This document shows, in pieces, positions 18,325-28,116 of a DNA stretch of 64,000 nucleotides. Made by a program: the position numbers and the translations under genes. The notes below the pieces were generated by a model that was not told where the DNA came from, did not search any database, and saw only the letters and a program-made list of their open reading frames with translations. The stretch is from an uncultured Chloroflexia bacterium (GTDB lineage Bacteria; Chloroflexota; Limnocylindria; Limnocylindrales; CSP1-4): contig CAVRVI010000011.1 of assembly GCA_963724635.1 (NCBI GenBank), forward strand, positions 10,054-74,053, in the 5' to 3' direction. Position 1 is the stretch's first letter. Each line of letters opens with the position of its first letter.

Positions 18325-19611
18325 CTAGCTCACGCGGACGCCGACCTCGGCGTAGACCCGGCGGGTCGAGTCCGCGACATCCGACCAGGTCCGCCGCTCC
18401 CAGGTGGCGCGCTCGAGCGCGGCTGCCGCGAGGCGTTCGTGCAGCCGGTCGTCCGTCCAGACCGCGCGCAAGGCGGACGCCAGCCGGTCCGGGTCGCGGG
18501 CCTCCACGAGCAGCCCGGCGGGTCCCACGAGCTCCGGCAGCGCCCCGACCGACGACGCGATGACCGGCGTCCCGGTCGCGATCGACTCGACCGCGGCCAG
18601 ACCGGCGCCTTCCGAGACGACGGGGAGCAACGCGGCGCGTGAGGCGCGCAGGAGCGCGGCCAGCCGCTCGGGACCACTCGGCGGGGCGTAGGCGAGCGCC
18701 TCGGCCACGCCCTCGCGGGCGGCGGCGCGAGCCAGCGAGGCGCGGTCGTCGGGGGTGGCGCCGGCCAGGAGGACGCGCGGCGGCCACGGCGCGTCGGCGG
18801 CGAGATCGGTGGGTCGACCGCCGTCGGCGAGCGCGGCGAGGGCCCGTAACAGCGTGGCGAGATCCTGGCGGACGTCGTAGCGGCCCGAATAGACGAGGAA
18901 GCGACCGGCGACGAGACCGTGGCGAGCAAGGTCGTCAGCCACCGAGGCGCCGTCAGGCAGCGGCGTGTCGGCCGCCGTCGGCGTGAAGCCCGGCCGTGGA
19001 GCGATCGGCACGATGCGCAGCCGCTCCGGCCGGATCCGCAGCAACCGCCGGGCCGAGCGGGCGACCGCCTCCGTACCGACGATCACGGCCGACGCGTCGC
19101 GCAACTGCTGCGCGCGCAGCCGGCGGCCGAACCGCGCCGCGGCCCCCGCCGTGAATGCGCCCGGGATCTCCCAGGGGGCCAGGTCCAGGAGCGTGACGAC
19201 GACCGGCAGCCCTGGTGCGATGGGCAGCGACCCGGCGCCGACGGTGTGATAGACGGCCCCGTGGGCGCCGCCCCGCTCCGACCGCCAGGCCGCGCCCAGC
19301 GAGGCCCCGCGCAGCAGGAACGGGTCCACGGTCTGCGATGCCGATCGCAGCAGCCCGGTCGGAGGCAGCATCCGCCGGCCGATGACCTCGAGGTCGTCCA
19401 GGTCGGCGGTCGGATCGTCGAGGTCGGAGCGCAGGAGCAGCGCGAACAATTCGCCATCGAGCGGCGCGGCGTCATAGGCGGCCAGCAACGAGCCGAGATA
19501 CGCCGCGGTGACCGGCGCCCGACCGGGATCCTGGAGGGGCCGGGCATCGAGGACCACGCGGACCCCCGGCGGCGGTGCCGGCCGGGACGACCCGGCCGCT
19601 CCCAGCGTCAC
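18325..19611 (-). CDS. Glycosyltransferase family 4 (GT-B, RfaB-like)
   Basis: C-terminal GT1/GT4 signature: LLPVVSEGAGLAAVESIATGTPVIASSVGALPELVG. The GTG start overlaps the upstream stop (GTGA). Confidence 0.85.
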   Translation of the reverse strand: MTLGAAGSSRPAPPPGVRVVLDARPLQDPGRAPVTAAYLGSLLAAYDAAPLDGELFALLLRSDLDDPTADLDDLEVIGRRMLPPTGLLRSASQTVDPFLLRGASLGAAWRSERGGAHGAVYHTVGAGSLPIAPGLPVVVTLLDLAPWEIPGAFTAGAAARFGRRLRAQQLRDASAVIVGTEAVARSARRLLRIRPERLRIVPIAPRPGFTPTAADTPLPDGASVADDLARHGLVAGRFLVYSGRYDVRQDLATLLRALAALADGGRPTDLAADAPWPPRVLLAGATPDDRASLARAAAREGVAEALAYAPPSGPERLAALLRASRAALLPVVSEGAGLAAVESIATGTPVIASSVGALPELVGPAGLLVEARDPDRLASALRAVWTDDRLHERLAAAALERATWERRTWSDVADSTRRVYAEVGVRVS

Positions 19612-20405
19612 GACGGTTCGACGTCCTCGACGACGGCAGCCGGGCCCGGCCGTCCACGACCCCGGAGGCGGCCCAGCAGCTCCTCCGCCCGAAGCTGGAC
19701 GACGACGACCAGCGCCTCGACCACGATCCGGCGCGACATCTTGCTCTGCCCGACGCGTCGGTCGCGGAAGGTGATCGGGACCTCGCGGATCCGTGCGCCC
19801 GACCGGCTGGCCCGGAACGTCATCTCGATCTGGAACACGTAGCCGCCGGCATGGACGCCGTCGAACGGGATGGCTGCGAGCGTCGGGGCCCGCCAGGCCT
19901 TGAAACCGCCGGTCAGGTCGTTGGCGGGCAGGTTCAGGACGATGCGCGCGAAGAGGCTGCCGCCGCGCGAGATGACCCGCCGGCCGATCCCCCAGTCGAC
20001 CACCCCGCCCCCGGCGGTGTAGCGCGAGCCGATGACGAGGTCCGCCGCCCCGGCCTCGAGCGGGGCCAGCAGGGTCGGGAGGACGGCGGGGTCGTGGCTG
20101 AAGTCAGCGTCCATCTGGACGATCCGCTCGGCGCCGCCATCGAGGGCGACCGCGAACCCATCGAGATAGGCGCGACCGAGGCCCTGCTTGGCGCGGCGAT
20201 GGCGCACCCGGACGCGGGGGTCGGCGGCCGCGAGCGCGTCGGCGAGCTCACCGGTGCCGTCGGGCGACCCGTCGTCCACGACGAGGAGCGTGGCGCCCGG
20301 GAGCGCCTCGAGGATGGCAGCGGTGATCGGACCGATGTTCTCGGCCTCGTCATACGTGGGCAGGACGACCCACGTCCCCGTCCCGGCGCTGCGCTCGTCG
20401 GTCAT
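19608..20405 (-). CDS. GT2 polyprenol-monophosphomannose synthase-like (Ppm1/DPM1-like)
   Basis: VVLPTYDEAENI, LLVVDDGSPDGT, QMDADFSHDP, IGSRY, GGFKAW. Confidence 0.85.
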   Translation of the reverse strand: MTDERSAGTGTWVVLPTYDEAENIGPITAAILEALPGATLLVVDDGSPDGTGELADALAAADPRVRVRHRRAKQGLGRAYLDGFAVALDGGAERIVQMDADFSHDPAVLPTLLAPLEAGAADLVIGSRYTAGGGVVDWGIGRRVISRGGSLFARIVLNLPANDLTGGFKAWRAPTLAAIPFDGVHAGGYVFQIEMTFRASRSGARIREVPITFRDRRVGQSKMSRRIVVEALVVVVQLRAEELLGRLRGRGRPGPAAVVEDVEPS

Positions 20406-20433
20406 CGGGGCCAGTGTAGGGCCGCTTCCCCGC

Positions 20434-22947
20434 TCAATGGACCTGGACCGTGACGTAGCGGGTCACGTACGTCGTCCCGTACTTGCTCTTGGCGGCGACC
20501 AGGACGCGGTACTTGCCGGGCTTGGCATACGCGCCCGTGCTCGTCTTGCCGGACCAGGTCCAGCCGTGGGCGCCGGTCGCGAGGGCCTTGGCCGCCCAGA
20601 TGGTCCGGACCCTGGTGGTGCCCAGGTAGATCGTCGCGGTCACGGTCGCGGCCCGGCGCAGGGTCACGGTCATCCGGGTCGTCTCGCCGCCGCGCGGGTC
20701 GATGCTCCCGTCCGACCACTTGTGGAGCTTGATCGTGTCGTCGACGAGGACGGCGGTGTCGACGATCCTCAGGTTGCCGGCCCGGTCCCGGCCGTTGACG
20801 CGATACAGGTACTTCCCGTTGGGCAGCCGGGTGCCGTCGTCCCCGGTCCCGTCCCACTCGGTGGACCAGGATCGGCTGTCGTCGTACCTCCAGAGCCGCC
20901 GGGATGTCCCGCTTGCGTCGAAGATGCGGACGGTCCCGTGGATGGCCTGGGAGGAGGTCCAGGCGAGCGACAGGTGGTCGTCATAGCCGTTGCCGTCGGG
21001 CGAGAAGTTCAGGTCCTCGGCAGTCGTGGTCACCGTCGGACGCTTGGTGTCCACGGTGACGGCCCAGGACTTCTCCGACCGGTTGTCCGAGGCGTCCGCG
21101 GCCCACAGGGTGAGCTTGTACTTCCCGTCGGGCACGCGGCTGCCGGTGTTGGCATCGCCGTTCCAGGTGAAGCTCGCCTTCTTGTCCTTGACCGTCGCGC
21201 TCCGGACGGACGGCCCCACCGTCGTGCCGGTGATGGGCTGGATCCGGTAGCCCCACTTGATGAAGGCGGTCGCGGTGAGCCTGGCCGTCGTCGTCTCGAA
21301 TCGATCGTCACCGTTGGGCGAGATGACATCGGTGGTGAGACTGGAGGCGCTGATGGCCGGCGGCACCGCGTCGGTGATGAACTTGGCCTTGAGCGCGGCG
21401 TACAGCTCCGTGCGGGTGCCGTCATAACCCAGGGCCCAGATCCCGACCCCGCGCAGGCCGTGCTTGTTGACGAGGTCGTACTTGCTCTTGAGGGCCGTGG
21501 CGTCGTCGACGTACAGCTGGCGCCACGAGGTGACGCAGCCGTAGGTCGCCGTGCACGTCTCGCGCTTGTAGGCGGTCCAGGCCACGCCTTCGGTCGCGTC
21601 GTAGCGGCGGCCGTGATCGGCCAGGAACTCGCGCGCCGTCGTGTAGACCGCGGTCGACGAGGCACCGAACTTGGTTCCCGAGATGTTCTCCGAGTGGAGG
21701 TTGTCGGTCTTGGTGGACCAGGCCCGCCCGTAGTACGGCACGCCCAGGATGAGCTTGGAGGCCGGCACCCGGGCGAGGTACGCGGCGATCGTGTCGTTGA
21801 TGTCGTAGATCGACCCGCGCAACGGTGCGATCGACCCGGCCACCGACGCGCCCGAGGTCCGGTAGTCGTAGCCCATGACCATGATCGCGTCGGCGCCGCC
21901 GGCCGCGGTCGCGGCCTCGATCGGATAGTTGCCGATCCAGCCGGTCGTGTCGAAGGTCAGCTGATAGCCCTTCGCCGTCGCATCGAGCGTCGAGCGCACC
22001 TTGCGCACGAGGGCGGTGAACTCGTCCGCGTAGCCCGAGGCCAGCGGCTCGAAATCGAGGTTGACGCCGTCGGCGCCACGATCGCGTACCGCCTTGGCGA
22101 TCTGGGACGCGAGATTGGCCCGGGCGGTCGCACTGCCGAGCAGCGCCTTCTGGCGCGTCGCCCCGCTGGTGGACCAGGCGAACGACTGCACGGTCAGGAC
22201 GACGCGGGCGCCGCTGGAATGGGCCGCGTTGATGACGCTCGTCATCTTCGAGCTCGTCCAGCCGCTCCAGCCGACCGTCGTGGAGCCGTCGCTGTTGCGC
22301 TTCTGGAGGCTCCCGTCGGCCGCCGCGCCAACGCCGAAGAAGGCGACCGTGGAGATCTTCTCCCAGTCGAGGCGGGTGGAGCTGTCACCCAACTCCCAGT
22401 ACGGCAGGAAGCCGAAGACCTCGCGGCGGAGTCCGCCGGGATCGACGGCGGCGGTGAGGTCGATGTCCGGGTCGTCCGCGCTGGCGTCCCATGACGCATC
22501 CACCGCCTCGAACCGGGTCGCCGGATCGACCACCGGCTGGTCGAGCGCCGCAGGCCCGTCAGCGGGTGCGACGGCGCCCGTCCCGGCGGCCTCAGGGAGC
22601 GCGCGCATCGCCCGGCCCGTGGCACGACCAGCGGGGAGGGCCCGCGGGGCGTGGCCGCCGACCTTCCAGTGGTCGGTGGCGCGAGGGCGGAACGGGACGG
22701 TGACGCGGCCACCCGGCGCGAAGGCGATCTTGTCCCTGGCGTGCGCCTCGGCCTCTTCGTAGTGGATCGTGGGCTGGAGGCCGGCACCACCTCGCGGCGA
22801 TGCGGCACCTACCGGCGCGACGGGCAACAGGCCGGCGAGCACCAGGGCGCCGAGGACAAGCCCAAGACGGCGAGCGACGGTCGGGCGGCTGGGCGGCTGG
22901 TGCGGGGACAACGGCACGACGATCCTCTCGCGGTGGGGTCGGGGCAT
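20434..22947 (-). CDS. Secreted GH18 (YaaH/SleL-like chitinase-fold) protein with C-terminal FlgD-Ig-like repeats
   Basis: Signal-like ARRLGLVLGALVLAGLLPVAPVGAAS. GH18 core FGFLPYWE ... GADGVNLDFEP ... MGYDY ... GVPYYGRAW ... GIWALGYD. Three to four repeats contain SPNGDD / FSPDGNGYDD / WDGTGDDG..LPNGKY. Confidence 0.8.
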   Translation of the reverse strand: MPRPHRERIVVPLSPHQPPSRPTVARRLGLVLGALVLAGLLPVAPVGAASPRGGAGLQPTIHYEEAEAHARDKIAFAPGGRVTVPFRPRATDHWKVGGHAPRALPAGRATGRAMRALPEAAGTGAVAPADGPAALDQPVVDPATRFEAVDASWDASADDPDIDLTAAVDPGGLRREVFGFLPYWELGDSSTRLDWEKISTVAFFGVGAAADGSLQKRNSDGSTTVGWSGWTSSKMTSVINAAHSSGARVVLTVQSFAWSTSGATRQKALLGSATARANLASQIAKAVRDRGADGVNLDFEPLASGYADEFTALVRKVRSTLDATAKGYQLTFDTTGWIGNYPIEAATAAGGADAIMVMGYDYRTSGASVAGSIAPLRGSIYDINDTIAAYLARVPASKLILGVPYYGRAWSTKTDNLHSENISGTKFGASSTAVYTTAREFLADHGRRYDATEGVAWTAYKRETCTATYGCVTSWRQLYVDDATALKSKYDLVNKHGLRGVGIWALGYDGTRTELYAALKAKFITDAVPPAISASSLTTDVISPNGDDRFETTTARLTATAFIKWGYRIQPITGTTVGPSVRSATVKDKKASFTWNGDANTGSRVPDGKYKLTLWAADASDNRSEKSWAVTVDTKRPTVTTTAEDLNFSPDGNGYDDHLSLAWTSSQAIHGTVRIFDASGTSRRLWRYDDSRSWSTEWDGTGDDGTRLPNGKYLYRVNGRDRAGNLRIVDTAVLVDDTIKLHKWSDGSIDPRGGETTRMTVTLRRAATVTATIYLGTTRVRTIWAAKALATGAHGWTWSGKTSTGAYAKPGKYRVLVAAKSKYGTTYVTRYVTVQVH

Positions 22948-23067
22948 CGACGATAGGTCGGGGTGCCCGGAACGACTACGCGACGATGGTCCCGGTCAGG
23001 ACCGGTACGGTGCGGTGCGGTGGGGTCCGGTGCGGTCGATGGACCGGCGCCGCGACGCGGCGATGCG

Positions 23068-25404
23068 TCAGTGCAGCGGGAGGTACAGGTTAGAGGACTG
23101 GCTCCGCCCGTCAACGTCCCTGGCCTTGACCTGGAAGCGGACCTCGCCCTTGCCGCCACCGGTCTTGATGGTCAGGGACACCTTGTACTTGCCGGTGCTG
23201 ACCTTGGTCATCGCCGCGCTCCACGTCGCCTTGCCGGGCTGGTAGACATAGACCCGGGGCGTCGTGGACAGGCTCTCCGCCGACGTCGCGGAGACCGTGA
23301 TCCGCTGACCGCGGGCCGGGGTCGTATCCGAGGCACTCGGGACGAAGGCGCGCATCTTGAACGTGCGGTACTGGCTGATCGGCACCGGCCCGTCGCCGGC
23401 GAGCGTGACCACGGAGCGGTAGGTGCCGCGGGCCAGGTAGGTCCCGTCGGGGCGCTTGCCGTCGAAGACGCGGGTCACCGGACCGGCCGGCAATGCCACG
23501 GCGTCGAGCAGGGTGACGGCCGTGGCGCCAGCCTCGTCGACGATGGTCCAGGTCACGGTCGCGGGCTTCGTGAGAGCGAACCGCAGGGTCGTGGTCGCCG
23601 CGAGTCGATCGGCGTCCTGCGGGTAGAACAGGATCTTCGACGCGTCGACGTCGCCCAGGGTCGTGTCGACGAGGAGCGGTCGCTTGACCGTGGCCCCGTC
23701 GTTGCCGGCGGCGTCGCGGGGCGTCAAGCGCACCTCGTAGGTCCCGTCCGGGACGGCGGCTCCGGCACTCGTGCGGCCATTCCAGCTCACGTCGTTGACG
23801 CCCTTGCCGGTCGTGGTCCGGGTGGAGCGGACCGTCTCGCCATCGGCGTCCACGATCTTGAGCCCGATCGAACCACCCTCGCTGGTGGTCGCCTGCCAGG
23901 TCGCCAATTCCTTGGCGAGATCGCCGTTGGGCGAGACCCACTTGACGGTGTCGGCACCGGGCGTCACGGCGCTGAGCTTCGGGGCGACGGTATCGATGGT
24001 GAAGGTGCCGGTCGTGGTCGCGGGCCCGTTGGCCCAGCCATCGGTCGCCGTGATCTTGTAGGCGTAGGCGCCGTCGACGGCATCGGCGCCAGCGAGGTCC
24101 AGCGAGAATGTCGTCCCCGACCCCGAACCGGTCGCGACGGTCGCGTCGCCGCGCTTGACCGCCACGCTCCATTCCGCCGTCTCGTTGAGGGTGCCCGAGA
24201 CGGCGTGGTGACCGTCGGTCGCCTTGGTGCTGTAGGCCTTGCCGCTGCCCCCGGTCAGCTTCACGAGATAGGGGGCGATGCTGTCGCGCGGCTCCAGGTC
24301 GCGAGCGACGACGTAGCCGGCGATGGCCGCGTCGTCGAGGCCCTGGACCCTGAAGACCGCCGTGTCGCCGGAACCCGCGACCTTCTCGAGGAGCTTGAGT
24401 CGGGTGTCCGGCGGGAGCACCGCGGCCGGCTCGATCGGTGCGGCGGCATCGGTGACGGTCGGGATCTCGTCGTAGATCGGCGCGCCGTCGGCCTTGGGAG
24501 CGGCCCGACCCGGGACCGCGAAGCCGCCGGTGATCTCCTTGGTCGTGAGATCGCGATCGCCGATGAGCGACCGGTAGAACCCCGAGGTGGGCTTGTCCGG
24601 GTCCATGAATCCGGTGGCCCCGATGCTGCGAGTGCCGGCGAACGAGGTCACGTTGCCGTTCGCGTTGGGCGCCTTGCGCCACAGCGATTCGATGGTCTGA
24701 TTGGTCGTGAAGATCGCCTTGAGGTAGTCGGCCGGGCCGCGATGGCCATCGGCCAGCACCGCGCGAGCCTTGCCCTTGAGGAATCCGGCACCGTAGTTGT
24801 CGATGCGCTGCTTGGCCGTGGTCACGCTGGGCGCCGCGCCACCCGGCTCGGAGTTGCCGGAGGCGTAGCAGAGGTGGTGGAGCAGGACGATGGCGTTGTC
24901 CGCGAGCTCGAGCGTGGAGACGTAGGGCTCGCCGTAGTACTTGTTGTTGCTGTCTCCGTTGCCGGCGGTGGCGTTGAGCCCGAACCCGTCCTTGGTCGTG
25001 TACTTCGAGTCGTAGGTGTATGGGCTCGGCCAGCCGTTCCCGTGCCCGAAGTAGATCAGGATCGATGCGCCCTTGGCGGCGGCTTTCACGGCGGCCCAGG
25101 TCGCGTTGGGGCTGTAGACCTTGACCACGTTCGGCGTGTACTTGATGGCCTCGGCGTAGGCCACATTGGCGTACGAGCGGTACGTGTCGGTGACGCCATG
25201 CGTCGCACCGACGACGATCACCACCTTGGGACCCGTGGTCGCCGCTGCCCGTGTCGGGGCGACGGCCTGCAGCGCGGGCGCGGCAACGCCCACGGCGACG
25301 AGCAGGGCGAGCGCGACGGCGGCGAGGGAGGAGCGCAGGTGACGCAACGACGGCTCCACGATGGGGACGGGGGTCGACAGGTCCCCAGCCTCGCGTCCGC
25401 GCAC
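23068..25404 (-). CDS. Secreted multidomain protein: N-terminal clan-CD-peptidase-like His/Cys domain plus FlgD-Ig-like repeats
   Basis: Signal LAAVALALLVAVGVAAPALQA. Strand-HG (ILIYFGHGNG, His121) and strand-C (IVLLHHLCYASG, Cys179). Later repeats contain VSPNGDLAKE, WNGRTSAGAAVPDGTYEV..PRDAAGN. The peptidase assignment is inference. Confidence 0.6.
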   Translation of the reverse strand: MRGREAGDLSTPVPIVEPSLRHLRSSLAAVALALLVAVGVAAPALQAVAPTRAAATTGPKVVIVVGATHGVTDTYRSYANVAYAEAIKYTPNVVKVYSPNATWAAVKAAAKGASILIYFGHGNGWPSPYTYDSKYTTKDGFGLNATAGNGDSNNKYYGEPYVSTLELADNAIVLLHHLCYASGNSEPGGAAPSVTTAKQRIDNYGAGFLKGKARAVLADGHRGPADYLKAIFTTNQTIESLWRKAPNANGNVTSFAGTRSIGATGFMDPDKPTSGFYRSLIGDRDLTTKEITGGFAVPGRAAPKADGAPIYDEIPTVTDAAAPIEPAAVLPPDTRLKLLEKVAGSGDTAVFRVQGLDDAAIAGYVVARDLEPRDSIAPYLVKLTGGSGKAYSTKATDGHHAVSGTLNETAEWSVAVKRGDATVATGSGSGTTFSLDLAGADAVDGAYAYKITATDGWANGPATTTGTFTIDTVAPKLSAVTPGADTVKWVSPNGDLAKELATWQATTSEGGSIGLKIVDADGETVRSTRTTTGKGVNDVSWNGRTSAGAAVPDGTYEVRLTPRDAAGNDGATVKRPLLVDTTLGDVDASKILFYPQDADRLAATTTLRFALTKPATVTWTIVDEAGATAVTLLDAVALPAGPVTRVFDGKRPDGTYLARGTYRSVVTLAGDGPVPISQYRTFKMRAFVPSASDTTPARGQRITVSATSAESLSTTPRVYVYQPGKATWSAAMTKVSTGKYKVSLTIKTGGGKGEVRFQVKARDVDGRSQSSNLYLPLH

Positions 25405-25538
25405 GCCGCATCCAATCGCAGGAAGGTCCGGCCCCTCGTAGCCCCTTCGGGCCGGGGCGGGTACCAGCGTGGAGGGTCCGGGACGGTCCGGTGGGATCCG
25501 GTGGGGTCAAGGCGGGTGCGGACGGGCACCGGCGGGAA

Positions 25539-26093
25539 TCAGGTCCGGAGCTGTCCCACGAGGGCCGCCAGCGACGGGTTGGCCCGATCACGGTCCGAGA
25601 GGATGGGCCGCCCATCGGGGGTCGCGATCGCCGGCCACGGGACGGCGGCCAGCGGATCGTCCCAGGCGAAGCCGAGCTCATCGCTGTTGTCGTACTCGTT
25701 GGTCACGAGGTAGATGAGCTCGAGCGGTTCGAGGGCCAGGAATCCGTGGGCGACCCCGGCCGGGATGTCGACCCAGTCGTCGGTCCGCAGTTCGCGCGTC
25801 TCGACGAGCGGTGCGGCGGCGGGCGCATCGGCGCGCAGCATCGGACGGACGTCGACGAGCGCGACCGATCCTCGGCCGCTCGCAACGACCCAGCGATCCA
25901 GCTGGCGGCGGTGCAGGTGGAGGCCGCGCAGTACGCCGGCCGCGGACGCGGACAGGTTCGCCTGCACGAAACGGTCCGTGTCGGGATAGGCGCTCGCCCG
26001 CCACAGCTCGCGGAACGAGCCGCGCACGTCCTCGGACCGGCTGATGCGGCCGAAGCGGACGCCGGGGAGGCGTGAGGGGAGCGGATCGGTCAT
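25539..26093 (-). CDS. rmlC: dTDP-4-dehydrorhamnose 3,5-epimerase
   Basis: RGSFRELW, GVLRGLHLH, IPAGVAHGF, YLVTNEYD. ATG 26093 overlaps the rmlD stop. Confidence 0.9.
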   Translation of the reverse strand: MTDPLPSRLPGVRFGRISRSEDVRGSFRELWRASAYPDTDRFVQANLSASAAGVLRGLHLHRRQLDRWVVASGRGSVALVDVRPMLRADAPAAAPLVETRELRTDDWVDIPAGVAHGFLALEPLELIYLVTNEYDNSDELGFAWDDPLAAVPWPAIATPDGRPILSDRDRANPSLAALVGQLRT

Positions 26094-26989
26094 CAGCGAG
26101 CCACCGCGCGGCGAAGCGCGGGCGCGTAGTCGGCCATGGCCTGCGTCCACGGACGGATGGGTTCCCCGCTTGGCAGCGGGGTGGCCGCCAGCACGCCCCA
26201 GCGGGGGGGCGTGGAGGCCCGTGTCCAGGTGTCGCCAGGGACCGCCGCGACGGGCGTGGCGACCCCGAGGCGCGTCAGCACGTCGGCGGCCCACTCGGCG
26301 CGCGTGGCAACGCCACCGTTCACGAGGTGGTGTCGCCCGACCAGCGCATCGTCCGCGAGCAGTTCGCAGATCGCCTCGGCGACGTCGGCGGCGTAGGTCG
26401 GTGTCCCCCATTCGTCACCGACGACGCGCAACGGCTCGCCGGACGCCGCGGCCCGCTCCGCCGCATCCAGGATCTTGCGCGGGAAGTCGTGGCCGGGCGG
26501 TCCGAACAGCCACGCCGTCCGGGCGATGCCGAGGCTTCCGCCACGACCCTCATAGGCGCTCTCCGCCGCCCGTTCACCGACCAGCTTGGACGCGCCGTAC
26601 GGGTTTGGCGGGGCGGGCTCGTCGTCGGGGCCGTAGCCCGCGCCATCGGTCCGGTCACCTGTGAACACCTCGTTCGTGGAGATGACGAGGAGGTCCAGGC
26701 CGCGCTCCGCACAGGCCCGAGCCAGCACCCCGGTCGCCTCGCCGTTCCGTCGCATCGCGAGCCCCGGGTCGCGGGCGCAACCGTCGACGTCGGTCCAGGC
26801 CGCGGTGTGGACGACGACCTCCGGACGGTCGCGATCCAGGGCGACCGACACGCCTTCGGGCGCATCCAGGTCGAGATCGGTGCGGGTCCAGGCGATCGGG
26901 CCCTGCGGCCCGGTGAATGGCGCGTCCTCGAGTGCATGGACCAGCGCCCGCCCGAGTCGCCCCGTGGACCCCGTCACGGCGACCCGCAT
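26093..26989 (-). CDS. rmlD: dTDP-4-dehydrorhamnose reductase
   Basis: MRVAVTGSTGRLG, VVHTAAWTDVDGCE-like motif, STNEVF, PNPYGASK. Confidence 0.9.
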   Translation of the reverse strand: MRVAVTGSTGRLGRALVHALEDAPFTGPQGPIAWTRTDLDLDAPEGVSVALDRDRPEVVVHTAAWTDVDGCARDPGLAMRRNGEATGVLARACAERGLDLLVISTNEVFTGDRTDGAGYGPDDEPAPPNPYGASKLVGERAAESAYEGRGGSLGIARTAWLFGPPGHDFPRKILDAAERAAASGEPLRVVGDEWGTPTYAADVAEAICELLADDALVGRHHLVNGGVATRAEWAADVLTRLGVATPVAAVPGDTWTRASTPPRWGVLAATPLPSGEPIRPWTQAMADYAPALRRAVAR

Positions 26990-28116
26990 CAGCCGCCCGG
27001 ATCGACGGCGGCGGCGGCCTGGCCACCTGCCAGCCGCGCACCGTACTGGCGCTGGTAATAGGCGTCCCAGTCACCCGAGCGGGCTGCCCGCCACCAGGCT
27101 TCGTTGGCGACGAACCAGTCGACCGTGTCGGCGAGACCCTCGGCGAACGGGGTGCGTGGCTGCCACCCCAGGGCCGCGACCTTGCCGCCGTCCATGGCAT
27201 ACCGCCGGTCATGCCCCGGCCGGTCTTCCACCTCGCGCACGAGCGACCACGGCTTGCCGAGGCGGTCCAGGAGCATCCGCACGGTCTCGCGATTGGTCTG
27301 CTCCGTGCCGCCTGGCAGGTTGTAGGTCTCGCCGGCCAGACCATGGCGCAGGACGAAATCGACACCGCCGGCGTGGTCGCTCACGTACAGCCAGTCCCGC
27401 CGCTGGAGGCCGTCGCCATAGAGCGGGAGCGGCCGGTCGTCGATGGCGTTGGTGATGAACAGCGGGATGAGCTTCTCGGGGTGGTGGTACGGGCCGTACG
27501 TGTTGGAGCCACGGGTCACGACGGCGTCCAGGCCGTGGGTGACGACGTAGCTGCGCACCAGCAACTCACCGGCCGCCTTCGCCGCCGCATACGGCGAGCG
27601 GGGCGCGAAGGCGGCATCCTCGCGGGCATGGCCCACGTCGACCGAGCCGTACACCTCGTCGGTGGACACCTGGAGGAACCGGGGCCGTGAGGGCGCCGTG
27701 CGGCACGCCTCCAGGAGGACGTGGACGCCGATCACGCCGGTCGTGAGGAACGCCTCGGGATCCAGGATGGAGCGGTCCACGTGCGACTCGGCGGCGAAGT
27801 TGACGACGGCGTCCGCCTCCGCCACGAGGGGGACGACGGCCGCGGCGTCGGCGATGTCGCCACGGACGAAGCGGAAGCGTGCCGCCTGCTCGGGATCGGC
27901 GCGGACCGGGGCGAGATCGGCCTCGTTGCCCGCGTACGTCAGCTTGTCGAGGACGGTGATGGTGGTCCCGTCCCGACGAGCCAGCACATCGCGGACGTAG
28001 GCGGACCCGATGAACCCCGCGCCGCCCGTGACGAGCAGGTGACGATAGGCGCGCTCCGGGCTCGGACCGTCCGGGCTCGTGGCATCCGAGCTGGACCCGG
28101 ACGCCGGGTCAGCCAC
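26989..28116 (-). CDS. rmlB: dTDP-glucose 4,6-dehydratase
   Basis: LVTGGAGFIGS, NFAAESHVDRS, STDEVYG, SPYAAAKA, DGLQRRDWLYV. The proposed GTG start at 28116 overlaps the rmlA stop by 8 nt. The ORF-track start at 28536 lies inside rmlA. Confidence 0.9.
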   Translation of the reverse strand: MADPASGSSSDATSPDGPSPERAYRHLLVTGGAGFIGSAYVRDVLARRDGTTITVLDKLTYAGNEADLAPVRADPEQAARFRFVRGDIADAAAVVPLVAEADAVVNFAAESHVDRSILDPEAFLTTGVIGVHVLLEACRTAPSRPRFLQVSTDEVYGSVDVGHAREDAAFAPRSPYAAAKAAGELLVRSYVVTHGLDAVVTRGSNTYGPYHHPEKLIPLFITNAIDDRPLPLYGDGLQRRDWLYVSDHAGGVDFVLRHGLAGETYNLPGGTEQTNRETVRMLLDRLGKPWSLVREVEDRPGHDRRYAMDGGKVAALGWQPRTPFAEGLADTVDWFVANEAWWRAARSGDWDAYYQRQYGARLAGGQAAAAVDPGG

